Shown here: positions 23,516 through 37,686 of the stretch, in pieces
Layout: every line of letters begins with the position of its first letter
Position numbering within the stretch: position 1 is the stretch's first letter
From: Octopus vulgaris
Lineage: Eukaryota
Direction of reading: 5' to 3'
DNA: 62,000 nt
Assembly (NCBI GenBank): GCA_951406725.2
Contig: OX597817.1
Span: 117,820,001 to 117,882,000, forward strand
Program-made: the position numbers and the translations under genes
The notes under the pieces: model-generated
Database searches by the model: none
The model's input: only the letters and a program-made list of their open reading frames with translations
Told to the model about the DNA's origin: nothing

Positions 23516-26500
23516 AAACACTATCGGTTGCCGACAATGGTTGATATACGATATCTCATCATTGTGGTTTATCAATACCAGAGAAAGGTAGAAGCATATA
23601 TGTGCGCGCGCGTACGTTTGCGTGTGTGTGCGCGTTTTGTGTGTGTGTGTGTGTCATACATTTGATAACATTGATTGGCTGTTAAAAAAGCCAATAATAA
23701 CAATAACGAAAGGGATTAGAGACAGCTAATCCGAAATATCTTACATCATTTGCGGTAACAGGAAATTTAACAACGTATATGCTCTTAAAGTTTAACAAAC
23801 AGTTTAGCTGACAGCAACTTACGAGAGTATCGAGAAACAATGTTTCGTTTAGATGTTCATATAATTGAAACATTTTATTAGCAACAAACGAAGTGCCGCG
23901 TCTTGGTCTTCTGAAATTATTTTGAGTGTTTATTTTCTGTTAGAGACTAGCTTGTAATGGAGATTATATCGTAATGATATCTAAGCTATATAACAGAAGT
24001 TCTATATATCCACCCGAAGGATGTTCTGTAATAATCATATAAATCTCATTAAGTACAAAGTCTTTAACTTTGAAGGTGCCATTAACTTAACTGAGGACTA
24101 ATTTTGAGGAACATCCATAGACCTAGAGTTCAATACATGAGAGCCAAATTTTCATTTCTTTAATTAAATAAAATTATATAGAGCAATAATCTCACTGCCA
24201 TTGCTTTACTAATGACTGATATATAATATTAGAATTATAATCTGCTATCTACCCCATTCAAATCAGATTTTCGATAAGAAGACACTTTAGTAAATTAAGC
24301 TGAATAAGTAGCTGTAAGCAATCGTAATCCAGGAACATAAAGTTAATACGGGTAATAGGAAATTTATTACCCATGAATGTGATAAGGCTTACAGTCCCTT
24401 CTATGTGGATATTAAAATTAATATAGTAAGCTTATTTCATATGAAGTTAATATGGGTCATCTCCGCCATCCTTCTGAATATTAAGAGAGTTATTGGATAA
24501 AACGCTTGGCCCTTCAAGATAAGTATTTCCTTAATACACGTATGTTAAAAGAAAACGAAAATTCAATCGGTGCTGCTGTTATAACCTGTTGCTTGTATGC
24601 AGCATGACGCTGATCAACGTACGTAAATCTAACGAAGTGGGGTACCCAAAATCTGTCATGCGCGAAGCTGACTTTTTTGCAGTATGTCAAAACACCCGCA
24701 TTAATATTCCAGATGGCACTATTCACTCACACGGCCGATAGAATAGTTATACACTTGTATCTAAAGGTCACACGCAGATATATTATAAATGTAAGTCATG
24801 TTTTTACACACACTGGCTAGAGTAATCTCATATAGATAACCAACTACTTGGTTGATATAACAGCACAGATTATCGACTACACTAGCAAATCGATGGTGTT
24901 CAACTGGATAAAATCATATATGAAGGCATCAAGAAACCGTAAAGTTTGTAAGGAGAAAAGAACAACTCCCCTGCTTCAATCAAAATTAATCAGTGAACTG
25001 CCAAGCTCTCAAAAATATATATTTGCTTGGGACCTGCAAGTATAGGTTCGTTCTATTCTCTTAGAATATTCCCGAAATAATTGAGCGGTTATAGGCATTT
25101 TTCTTGGACTAACTGGAGTATTCTCCTCCATTATACTCCCTTACTCTCTTCTTTTGTCCTCAACATAGTTTTACACATAATTACACACTAACAACACAGC
25201 ACTCTCCCCTATATATAGCAAGGCTGCCTACTCGTGAAAAGTTATAACACTCCTAGACATAATATTCCTAGTGTTATATCTAATAACTTGTCATAAGTGC
25301 TTTATGTGGTCCAAAGAAATAAATCTAATAATAAACTTCCTAGCTTTTCCCTTCCTCATACTTAACATTCCACCTTCCATCTTACGTACATTTCCAGACA
25401 GAGTTTGACACAATTTTAATATAAATTTTTATAGTTAATCCAAGGACATGTGCCGCAAAACTTAATAGATTATTGATGACATTCGTAAAGACGAATGCTA
25501 TCTCCCAATAAATACACATTTACAAAGAACTTTATTCTCGTGTTTTAGAGACTAAACTACTTTTCTGAAACACATACCTTCACACAAATTTTAACCTACT
25601 GCTGATATCCAGACACATGTATACATGCATTTATATGCGCGCACACATAACTATATACACATTTGTATATCTCTATCTCTACTAACACACACGCACATGC
25701 GTGTATGTGTGTAAAGAGAGACAGAGTAGCAGCCTAGATACCTATATTTATGACTATATAATATGTTCTATTACATACTGCCGTATATGTCCACATGAGA
25801 CATTTAACGACACAAATGTTATTGCATAAAGGGAAGAATTATAAAAAATTATTCGTGCATTTTACTTAATAAAATTTTTTTCTTTCTTCAATTAGTGTCG
25901 TGCACTATACAGATTCCAATTAGTATATCTATATTCTTAATAACCAACATAATGTACTTTTATCCAATAAAACGTAAAATTGATTATCTTGTGCATGTAT
26001 ACATGGTCTTTTACTTTGTAAGGTTGAAATGGTATGGCGTAAAAGTACAACTCTCATTTTCAGCCAGACCACGCTGAATAAACTAGCGCTTTAACGAAGA
26101 TATTCTTCAAATTATGAACACAAAGGCGTCTTGAATATTAAAGCAAAATAATTATTGAAAGACGGTGTTTCTTTGAAGCAAGTATTGCAACTGTAGAAAG
26201 TAATCAGTACGATATAACAAAAAGTCACTGTCATTTATTTCACATTCAAATTCATTTTAGAATATATAATTACAAAACATGCTTCACATTCACGCTAGTC
26301 TATAGATGACTTGGTGACAACTTCATCGAATTCTTTAATTTCCTGGCATTTATAGATGCTAGCGCTGTAATATTCTAAAAGTAGTGACCGACCAATACTA
26401 CTAAAATGTGATGTGCATGCTCAATATTTTTGTAGATTATTCTTCCAATGTTACGCCGTGAAGTGCAACATAACAGCATAAGAATAACGCCCACAAAATG

Positions 26501-26609
26501 TTTTTCGGTCGTTCCAGTTATCACTAATAACGTGTCAAATGCCTAATGTCATTCGCCTAATTGTAATTAACTGCATTGTAGATAGTTACATTTGTTTCAT
26601 CTTTTTTCC

Positions 26610-26740
26610 TTTTCTTCTTCTTCTTCTTCTTCTTCTTCTTCTTCTTCTTCTTCTTCTTCTTCTTCTTCTTCTTCTTCTTCTTCTTCTTCTTCTTCTTCTT
26701 CTTCTTCTTCTTCTTCTTCTTCTTCTTCTTCTTCTTCTTT

Positions 26741-26805
<65 letters not shown>

Positions 26806-26812
26806 TGACTAC
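26610..26812. repeat. Compound microsatellite (CTT)n(ACT)n
   Basis: Directly visible; source of the poly-L/S/T/E/V ORFs in the track. Confidence 0.97.
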
Positions 26813-27066
26813 AATATTACTGTAGGATTCATTTTCCCATGGACAAAATACTTGGTGGCATTTCACGTTCAAATACCGGTAAGGTCAAGTTTGCCTCCCA
26901 GCTATTCGGAGTTGATAAAATGAGTGTCATTTCAGCACTTTATCGATGTGCACAACGTCTCCTTCCTCTCAAACTTGCTGGTCTTGTGCGAACATTTGTA
27001 ATCATCATCATCATAAACATTTTACTTCGCTGAACCCATGATTATACTTGTTCCGATTAATTCTTT

Positions 27067-27390
27067 AAGACCGGAAAGCAGCTTATTGTCAAAGGGCTAA
27101 AAGTATCTTTCCAAGATACATAGCATCCAAGTGTCTATCTCAAAGTTCTCGTTATCCTCAACAGAGCAATTTTCTGAGCATTTTCTTCCCCCATGTCACT
27201 TTCCAATTTCCATTATACTTGCTTCAAATAATTCATTAAGACAGGACAGCAAATTATTATCGAAGGGCTAAAAGTATCTCTTTCCAAGATATTTACCATC
27301 AAGGTACCAATCTCAAAATTTTCGTTATCCCCAAAAGAGCAATTTTCTTAGTATATTCTTCTTTCATGTCAATTACAATTTCTCCGACTC
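27067..27390 (+). repeat. Two-copy tandem duplication, unit ~171 bp, diverged
   Basis: aagggctaaaagtatct...ccaagata...tctcaaa.tt.tcgttatcc...agagcaattttct occurs twice, units starting ~27067 and ~27238. Confidence 0.85.
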
Positions 27391-28037
27391 ATTTCTTAAA
27401 CCTAGTCGTTAGTGTTGTCAGTGCCCCTACAAATACTCGGATTACAGTTATTCCGTTCATTGCCAACATTCATGCAGTTTGGTCTTTTGGTAGCTTGTAC
27501 ATTTCAGTATTTTCCAGCATTATTATTATTGCTGTTATTATTATTACTTTTAATCTGCATGTTTGTTACAATCACTCTCCGAGACACACTCAGCGTCTTG
27601 GGGCGAGTGAAGGATAAGAGATATTACAGTCTGAGAGAAAGCTTGGGTAGGGGTGGTAGAGGATACAACACAAAAGTTTAAATGAACAGGGTCTTTTCTA
27701 AAGATATGGGCAGTACAAAATGCAGTATATTTAAGAGACCAAAAAAGTAAATGCAAAAAAGATATTTTCTTCAAACTTGGCATGAAGGAAAGAAAGATTA
27801 TTTGGTTTCTCAAGAAGTATTTTTTTGGCTTAACTTCGTTTAACAAAACCAAAAATTTTATTGAAATAAAGGCATGCTTAATTATTTTTTAACGAAAAGA
27901 AAACACGTTTCGTTCCTGCCACGCTTACTTTTTAAACCATGTTTGTGTTCTCCCGAATATAATCGTTTTTCTTTGAAATGGAAAAAAGTGTATCTTTATT
28001 TCTTTTTTTTTGCTGGTGTCTCAAATTTAGATTAAAT

Positions 28038-28140
28038 CAGTGTTTCTCAAAGGGGAGGCATATGCGACGGCCGGACAAGTTGGTTTGAGAAAATTTGATT
28101 TAAATATCTGACAACCTAGCACCGTCCATTGGATGGAGGG
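28038..28140 (+). mobile_element. hAT-like MITE end
   Basis: CAGTGTTTCTCAA terminus, also present at 53636; partner TIR not found. Confidence 0.35.
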
Positions 28141-28151
28141 CGTTTTGCTCG

Positions 28152-28212
<61 letters not shown>

Positions 28213-28215
28213 TTA

Positions 28216-28252
<37 letters not shown>

Positions 28253-28844
28253 ATATACATACATATGTATGTATACATGATTAACAAGTGTTTCCTAATA
28301 TAAAATAAATTTCTTTTAGATTGATATGCTAGATCGAGAATACAATAGGAAATATTTGTATATTATTAATAGGTTTGAAAACAATGTAACATAAAAGATA
28401 AATGGAAACTATAGTTTCACACCTGTATGATTGCGAAATATTAGATAATTTGATATCGTGTTCGCTACTTGTATATTAAGGATGCAAATTGATACTTGTC
28501 AATGTAAAACATATATACCACGCAGGATCGACTGCTACAGTTATGAAAGAAACTATCTGTACACAAACCAGCTGTGGAGCAGGAACGCTCATTTAGAGAC
28601 CGGAAATATTGAAGCACTTATGTATATGTTATATCATGATATGTCATTAAAATTATTTGCCAGCCACATAAAGTTCGGAAATTGAAGTCTCGAAACTAAT
28701 CATTTCCTTCTAGTCGCGAATATCAAAGTGTTTACTCTTATGTTTCTAAATGTTAAAATTCAAATTTATTCGTTAATCCAACTCAATGAACATTAATGGT
28801 TGTAAGCAAGAAGGAAAATATCTACGACATACACATTTAGCTAC

Positions 28845-28877
<33 letters not shown>

Positions 28878-28974
28878 ATGTACATATATACACATATATG
28901 TTTCTGCCTATATGTGTGTATGTGTGTGTGTGTTTGTGTGACTGTGTGTATCTGTGTGTGCATCGCTTAGCTTG

Positions 28975-29146
28975 ATTTTGACGCGTTGCTGCGTGGTAAG
29001 AAATTTGTTACCCTGCTGCTTGCTCCAAGTTCATTTCCACCGCGTTGCATCTTAGACAAGTATTTTCTGTGAAAGTCTTTGGACGGCCAATGCTCTGGGA
29101 ATGGATTTCTTGGAAGAAAATTGAAAGACGCCCGCCTAACACATAC

Positions 29147-29150
<4 letters not shown>
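28975..29150 (+). mobile_element. Old SINE family 1 head, degenerate
   Basis: gctgcgtggtaagaa...ccaagttcatttccac.gcg..gca.ctt.g.caagt...ggattt...gaaa.tgaaagacgcccg resembles the family 1 5' half. Confidence 0.55.
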
Positions 29151-29184
<34 letters not shown>

Positions 29185-29394
29185 CGTGAAGTATATTTGC
29201 CAGGTATGTGGCTAACCCTTAAAGGTGGATGCTAGTTGTAGCTCCAGTAAAACACCTCCAGTTGGCAACTGACACACCTTCGGTGCCCCTAAGACAGTGT
29301 GCCAATAGCCAGCTGGAGGGGGTGTCTTCTTGGGGCTACAAGCTACAGGGTCATCCACCCTTAAGTGTTAGCCATATTTCAGTGGCAATTACAC

Positions 29395-29560
29395 TTCACG
29401 GTCTCGTGCAGCTGTTTGAACATCTAGATACCTGTGCAAATGGGAAATTTAAAATATTAAAATTTTACAAAAATGAAAACTATAAAAAGTTCCAACTACG
29501 AAAGATAAAAGAAGAATACTTTATAAGAATTCTAAATTCGAAATTAAACACGAAATATCT
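29395..29560 (+). mobile_element. PLE GIY-YIG C-terminal remnant (different family)
   Basis: LFEHLDTCANGKFKILKFYK...LRKIKEEYFIRILNSKLN parallels LSDHIDSCAKD...FPFYQ...RIKKENLFIEKFKTHLN of the large PLE. Confidence 0.75.
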
Positions 29561-29599
29561 AATACTGCATTTTATTACCAAATTCGTAATATGCACTTG

Positions 29600-29830
29600 A
29601 AAAGATGCATCACTGCAATTCCTCCCGAGCCAGTGTACCCTATTTGTATGTCGTTCAGTTTTAAGTGCTGGTAGCACAGTACTTGGAATTTTCCTGCATT
29701 AAACTGCATGTTGTTGTACTCAGCCCTCTTGTATATTGCCTCCAAATCCCGTTGCAGATGTTCAATATTTCCAGGATTTTGTATTTTCTGAGACTTTTGT
29801 GTCATCTGCATACCGATTTATATTGTTAAT
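29600..29830 (-). mobile_element. CR1/L2-type LINE RT fragment
   Basis: Minus strand YADDTK, then (frameshift) LQRDLEAIYKRAEYNNMQFNAGKFQVL. Confidence 0.8.
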
Positions 29831-29849
29831 AGATAATAATATCAAATAT

Positions 29850-30070
29850 TCTCCGTACAGAATGCTTGTAAAAATCCCTAGGTTGGATTGGGTTAATCTT
29901 TCTAGACGTACCTAAGAATTGCTTATCCATGAATGTTATCTATAAGTAGTGCTCAACCGAATAAATGGTATATTGTTCATAGATGAGGTTCAAATATTCA
30001 CCGTATAGAATACACTTCGTAGCGCTCAAGACAGTATAGTTTGTATATTGACCTGCCTAAATTGCTTATC
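29850..30070 (-). mobile_element. Very decayed LINE (RTE-like) C-terminal fragment
   Basis: Stop-interrupted translation resembling KLYC...LRY..V.RL....ILYGE of RTE ORF ends. Confidence 0.35.
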
Positions 30071-30479
30071 CTTACATTTACCTCTATATGTGTGTGTGTG
30101 TATGTGTGTTTTCGGGTGCGTGTGAGAAACTTGTTATATGACATTTTCCTATCACAAATAAACAAGCAAAATACATCATTCCTTTAGTATTATACTGTAT
30201 AACAGTCTGTAGACTGCCGCCATGTTGCAAGTCTTCTGCGAAAGTCGCTGTTGATCACATCGACATTTGCTAACTTTCAGTCTAGTTCTATCGGGGTTTT
30301 TTCTATCGAAGCACTGAGTTGCGGGAACATGAATAGAAAAAATATCACCTGGTAACAGTAGAAGACAAACTCATAAATGTAACCGTCTTGCACAGGAACA
30401 CACATGTAAATGCATATATTCACACATATGTATGTATGCCATTGTTCAGTTTTATTTCAAGACATTTTTGCCAATAGAG

Positions 30480-30830
30480 AAACAGCCGGTTTCTAACCTC
30501 GATTCAAGGCACCTTCAACGGAATTTCAACATCAACAACAGGGTGTACGTAAGTGAGCTACACAATCAGACAGAAATACACGATACTACGCACAGGTTTA
30601 CATTTACTTATTAAACTTGCTTCCTTCTGACCCACTTGAAATCACTCCAGCTTACGTTCAATTTCAAACTACATAAACAAATTTCCTTTTTGTCTCCTCT
30701 CCTTAACAGGCTTTCCTTTTTGATAGTCTGACGATGAGACTTGTCCCGAAATATCACTCACTGTCCGTACAACACACTTCATTTTCTCTCAATATTGATA
30801 AATATATTTTGTTGTGATTAAAATTTACGT
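30480..30830 (+). mobile_element. PLE-like 3' end/pseudo-LTR fragment
   Basis: Pyrimidine tract followed by a canonical-core HHR, ending before (CA)n. Confidence 0.5.
30725..30758 (+). ncRNA. Minimal type-I hammerhead ribozyme, canonical core
   Basis: AGT-CTGACGA-T-GaGAC(tt)GTCcC-GAA-ATAT-C-ACT: canonical CUGACGA, extra U after A9, palindromic ATAT stem III, AUC triplet; one A.C mismatch in stem II. Confidence 0.7.
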
Positions 30831-31370
30831 TGTATCATTCTTGTCATTATGTTGAGCATACCGCAAATACATCCATGCTTATGCGTAGGTTGACTTTTAT
30901 AGACTCACATACACACAACACACACACACACACACACACACATACACACACGCACACTCACATAATGTACGTATGCATAATGTGTATGTATTAGTGGGAA
31001 TTTAAATAAAGCACATTATCGTGCGGTTGCGCGCATGTTTCTGAAGCCAGAATACTGATAGAAATAATGTACTTTGATAAAATGCGTAACAAAGAATATA
31101 CTATAAAAGTTTGACCGCAATTACTAATTAGTTATTCATAGAAATAAAGAAATATATACATTTTTATAATGTTTTAATAATAATTATAATGGCATCAGTG
31201 AACTAGAAGAAAGAAAGGAAAATGAGAAGTAATAGAGATCACAGATTTTGCTTATTAACGACATTAATACCCGCACACCTACAGCTTACTATTTCCTGCA
31301 CACTTCCTTAGATCTTCATGAACTCACATATGATATTATATAGAAGTAGTTTACAACAAAGATTGGAAGA

Positions 31371-31441
<71 letters not shown>

Positions 31442-31703
31442 ATATATATATATATACGTGAAATAATGAATATACATAAAGAGAGGTATGTACACACACC
31501 ACGACGTAAACACGCACATACGAGCATACATTCTTATTAAGATACGCAGACGTATAATTATTACTTTACAGACCTGTTCACATATTTGCAAACATTTAAG
31601 CGTAGACACAAAATATGCACCTTTCGTTTTCATTTCTTTCTTTTTCTCTCAGTCTCACTGTGTACACACACATATATATATATGTATATATATATATACA
31701 CGC

Positions 31704-31816
<113 letters not shown>

Positions 31817-32861
31817 TGGCGTCTATATTTCATACATGTTACAGTGCTTCATTAAATATGTATATGTATGATATTTCTGTGTATGCGTGTCTATTTTAAA
31901 TATATGTTACCTCTGAACATAATATTGCAGCATTAGTTAAAAGCTTATTGCTCGGAGCCGTTCTTTGTAAATAAAACGCAACAGTCTAGCAACACGTTGT
32001 GTATATGTGCATGCATAATAGCGCGCCTAGATTCTACTTTTGTTTCATTAACTCACGTATTTATTCATATATATTCACATACAGGATGTGCATATGTGCA
32101 ATAGTCGTATTTCGCAGCATACACACACATACACACACATGCACACAAACATACACATTTAAGTATATATACATATATATCAATTTGTGTGGAAATATAT
32201 ATATATATATATATATATACGTATTTGTGTTTGTGTTTGTGTGTGCACATTCGAAAAGAGCATTTAGTACATGATGCAAAGTTTTATTTTTGCATTAACA
32301 ATTCATTATTCACTCTCTTACTGGAATATTTACACGTAGAAATTGTTCACATAATTAACCAAGCAATGTCTGAAGAATGCAGTTTTTTAAACAACGCATT
32401 AGTTATGTCGATTCTTGTCGTTCAAAGAGTTTGGCGAATCGAAAGTTCAAAATCTGCCTCAGTTACTTAAATATCATGCAGATTACTCATGCTTACTGCT
32501 TTCAATGTATCTTCACGCTGTTTTAATACCTAGAATTCTCTATCAAATTTTGGGTATCGTCTTTTATTGAAATTTCATTTAGCATTATCAACAATTTTTC
32601 GTGATTACGGAAGAGGATCATTCAGAGTCTACGGATAAATTCCTAGAGTATATCTGTATTTTTTCAAACGTCCATCTCAGCCAAATTAATATTTCAATTC
32701 ATTCTTCCCCTTTTCGTGATGTTGGGTTTTGTTTGGCTCCATGAGACATGTCGTAAATAATATAAATTACTTGGATAATATTACTTGAGGCTGTCACAAA
32801 GTTTCAGCATTCAGATGACGTCTGGATTAATGAGCATATGGGCAAATTGCCATTAAGAATG

Positions 32862-32924
<63 letters not shown>

Positions 32925-33124
32925 AATATATAAATACAAACATGCATACATGCATATATACATGCATAAATATATATATATGTCTACATATATACAGACA
33001 TGAATATATATTTGTGTTTGTATGTATATACATCGTCTTCGACGACAAATTACATCATACATACATGTATGCATTAAGTGTCTGTCTTTCTATCTATCTG
33101 TCTATCTATCTATGTATCTATCCA

Positions 33125-33428
33125 TCTATTTATGCAGGCATAGTGGAATCTGCCGTCCAAGTCGACGGATGAGTGTTTAGTTTTTGCTGAGTGACCTGCA
33201 CAAATGTATTCTAAGAATATCTATGTATATATTAGCTCACTCCTTCCTTCAATTCGTTGTTGCTTGAACAGGTGCACGGTATATTATACGCCAGGTGTGA
33301 AAGTGATCGCAGAGCAAGGTGAGAAAAAAATTTCCCCAAGAATACAACGCACTACCAGGTTCAAGAATTGAAATGACGATCTCACGCTCGAGAGCTGAAC
33401 ACCCTAACAAATTACACATTCGCCCTCA
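33125..33428 (-). mobile_element. tRNA-derived SINE, third family, old
   Basis: Minus head gagggcgaatgtgt..tt.gttagggtgttcagctc...gtcatttcaattc followed by gcgttgtattcttgggg. Confidence 0.55.
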
Positions 33429-33469
33429 TATCCACGTCACTGTATCATACTAAATGTGCACATACCGTT

Positions 33470-33760
33470 AGAATGCAATTTGCCATGGAAATATGTGAAA
33501 TTAAACCTCTTCATAGATCTGTGTTAAGTCATGATATACCGGAGTATGAAGAAAATTGAATCACGAGAACGAGCGATACATTTCGCCATTCGTGGGGTTT
33601 GTGAAAGCGGTGCACTCGATTTCCAGCTGCTTGAACACATCCCCCGATGGCTTAGAGCCCTTGGGTGCAATTGTTTGAAATTTTGTACAAATGGAATCTA
33701 ATATAGGAACATTTGTTTGGACTATTTTTTCACGCTTGTACCACTAGCACTAATCTATAT
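33470..33760 (+). mobile_element. Mariner-derived short relic
   Basis: atgaagaaaattgaatcacgag (mariner-like N-terminus) fused to cagctgcttgaacacatccc (LLEHPP-like motif). Confidence 0.35.
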
Positions 33761-36163
33761 GCTTGGAGTCACTGGATTTTAATCCGAAACTCCCTAGTCA
33801 CAACTGTATAATATTTAGAATGTCTTGTTAAGCAGATTTCCATCTATCCTCCAAACTTAACGAAATATTTAGCCTGAAACTTTACAATCAACATGAAGTA
33901 CATGTAAATTAAAATGAAGTACATGTAAATAAAGGGCTTCGAAGATTTTTGTTACACTCCCTGTAAAATCACTAGAAATTGAACTAGTATTTTGAAACAT
34001 AAGTTATAGTAATATAGAAGTTATCAATTAGTCTAAAATGTCTTTCTTTTTCCTCAACAATATACTTTCTAAAAATTCTATCGATGATCTTTTTAGACAG
34101 TATCGGGCTTTCTGCTGGATATATCATTCGTGTTACATATCGATGAAAGAATGAGTAAAATCTCAAATAGAGATCAGAACGGCGACAATAGATTTACTAT
34201 TACAAACAATATTTGGAGGAGTTGAAGCAGTTTTAGAAATATCTCCATCTGTTACATTACTGAATTTCGAATTAGCATAAAAAGAAACACGAATAAAAGT
34301 ATTGTCTACATTTTAGATGCCATCTGACATATAGCATTTGTATTTTCTAGGCCATCTAAAAATCCCAAGGTGGTGCATATGTACATCAAACATAAATTAA
34401 CACAGCACTCTTATGATTATCATGGAATGGATTAACGATGAAAATATGCGAATAAATTGGTATCTTTTGAAAGACGTAACATTCAATAGAGTAGCCATTT
34501 ACTCCAATGTGGTATTAGAAATTTCAGTTAAATACAATTCTGTTTTCATAATTACTATTGTGCTATTATGATAAATAAATAAACACAATATATTGTATCT
34601 TATCGATCTATCCGTTATAATGTCAAATTTGTTATTGATGAAACTTCCCCGAATTTAATCCCAAATTTTTACCTTGGTGACGGAAGTCTACGGAAGCTAA
34701 AGAAGCACCAAGACTTTGAAGAAACGAAGTTCTTTCCTTAACTTAAGTAACAATCGGAATAAGTAACATTCCTAAACAGTGACTAAGCCGAAACCATACC
34801 CTTATCAAAAATATTGAAGAGGCAAGGTCGATAAAATGTAAGATATTGTGTATATCTATAATGTTGATAGCACATTAGTATGAAACAGAATTCTTTAAAA
34901 CTGAAAACCACCTTGGTGTAAATCGCTACTCTATCGAAAGTTACCTTTTTCGAAACTCTACCTCTTAACAACAGCACGGCAACTATCTATCCTCAGCCGT
35001 TAATCATCCAAAGGATAAGTCTGATATCCATACATTTTAGAACAACTAAATTACGACACATACACTTCAGAAGCAATTGATTGTTCGCCAAGCTTTTATC
35101 TTATGCTACAAAATATATGCGAACCTATGAGAGTCTCCAGTCGAGTAAATATTTACGTTTAAATGAGCAAGTTGAATAAGAACACTTTCAACTCGCGTTT
35201 GCAACTCCAGGAGGAGCAGAGTAGTTTTAAAATTCCATAGTATATTTAGCACAAACCAATGAATAAAATTGCAGATGTTTGCGTAATATCTTTAGTTAGG
35301 AAAAAACTCAATACTGCCCAAAGCAGTAAGTTTGAAAGAACATATGTGATTTTATATTCAGTATCATTATGAGAATTTAAATAAAATTCTTAATTATAAC
35401 ACCCACCCAACAATAATCCAATCGGTAGTTGTTTTGTATTTTTGTTTGTTCTTTGTGTGTTTTGAGTTTGTTTTGTTTTATTGTTTTTCAGTTTCTCATT
35501 TGTGGTTTAGAAAATCAGACGCTGACTGTAGCCAACAAGATTCCAGCAACAATCCCACAAAAAATTAGTGACATATTTCGAAATTTCTTGAGCTCTTAGC
35601 AGTAAAAAAATTTGTGAGGTATTTTTCCTGTATATGAGAATCTATGTGAAAAAAGAATTGAGATTATATAAACATTAAATTTACTTGTGCCACATATTAA
35701 ATTCACTTAATATTTCTTAACTACTTTTGTAAGTGTCTATTCCTAAAAGTCCGGGTGTTTTATATATACAAGGAATCACGCACACGCTCTCCTCCCAAAA
35801 TACACATATGCACATACAAACATATTTATGTACGTGTGTGTTGTGCGCACGTGTACATATCTACTTCACCATTTCTCTCTCTCTCTCTCTCGATATATAT
35901 ATATATATATAATATACATATATACATACATTCATACATACATACATACATACATACATACATACATACATACATACATACATACATACATACGTATAAA
36001 AGCAACTGAATTAGTGCTAAGTGGAGTTTTTCGCTAAAACATTTAATCCGTACGATATAGATATCTGCTTAGCAGATATTTTTGTGACCTGTTTTTATTT
36101 CCAATCGTTTTTATATCTGAATCAAGATTTTCATTTGTACACACACAGATATACATGAATACC

Positions 36164-36206
<43 letters not shown>

Positions 36207-36243
36207 GTATATAAATATGTATGTTTGTATATATATATGTGCG

Positions 36244-36274
<31 letters not shown>

Positions 36275-36312
36275 GTATATATATATATGCGTATACATAC
36301 ATACACACACAC

Positions 36313-36360
<48 letters not shown>

Positions 36361-36685
36361 AAGTGAGTGCGATAGAGAGAGAGAGATGGCTATATAAATA
36401 TGTGTAAATTCAAATTGGCTCGGGTTAGAAAGACTAACTGCATAGCCTGTCAGACACCGTTATAGAGCGAAAGTCGATCGTATTACACAAAGTACATTTT
36501 GAAGTCCCTGAATATTCGTAGACTATATATACAAAAATAAACGAAAAAAAAATCGTACTAACGTTGCAGTATTTCAAAGCAAAGGCAAAAGATATAACTC
36601 AACTCTAACCAACCTAATATGGACACTCACGGAAAAGACAATGCAACACAGCTACTGGTCTCTGATAAAGATTGCGCACCGCACA

Positions 36686-36732
<47 letters not shown>

Positions 36733-37686
36733 CAGACAAATATATATAAAGATATAGAGAGATGGACAGGGTGATAGATAGATAAACGCATATATATATA
36801 TATATATATGCATATGTATGTGCATGTAAATAAATATGAATGGATATGCACTTCGTCAAATTATTTGATTATGGAATGCTCATCGTTGTATCAGACGCCC
36901 TCTCTATTCGCTGATGGGACTATATTTTCACACGTTCCATTATACATCGTAATTTTTACACGCTGCCTGTGTAAAGAATATCATCTCACAGAAAACCACA
37001 CTATATTGCCTTCAACGAAGCTTATACGTGAATTATGACGTATAGATGTGCATTTTAGTCTAATATTGCTACAACTGATGGCTATTACAATGTGATACTG
37101 CTTCAAGTTTATTAAACTGTAGATATATATGATCGATTTCTGCTGACACTTTATTTAAAGTTCTATACATCGCCATTTCGTATTCGCTACAAAATCTGAG
37201 CAGAATGTATGTGCCGAATGGATTCACACAAAATACTTTGTGGTATTTGTCCCAACGGTATACCTCTTTTGCTCTAATCCTTACAAGGATGAGTTTGCCT
37301 TTCAAACCACCAGAAAAGGCAAAATATAGCACCAGCCAAGTAGTGATTGCGTTATAGTCGATTAACTCCTCTTCCAGCCCATTCCACTCCTGCCCTCCTC
37401 TAAGTTATGCTCTGTTGTTCCTGTTGTAAGAAATTTAAAAAATAAGTTACACCCGTATACTGATAACATAGCCAAATAAATTTACCTTCTCTAACATATA
37501 TCATATAACTATGTATATGAATTTATGTGTAATTATTTGTGCTTGAGTTCTCAGTTTCTGATAGGATATATCGCCATTTTTAAATATGTGCATCAACATA
37601 GAGTATATATAAACGTAACAAAATATTTTTTTTTAATTTATCATGTAGCTGAATTTCAATAAGCTATTTGAAAAGACAAATGTCAT

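Noticed and set aside
37069-37332. 87-aa minus-strand ORF with ordinary composition
   Set aside because: No recognisable domain or consistent splice signals.
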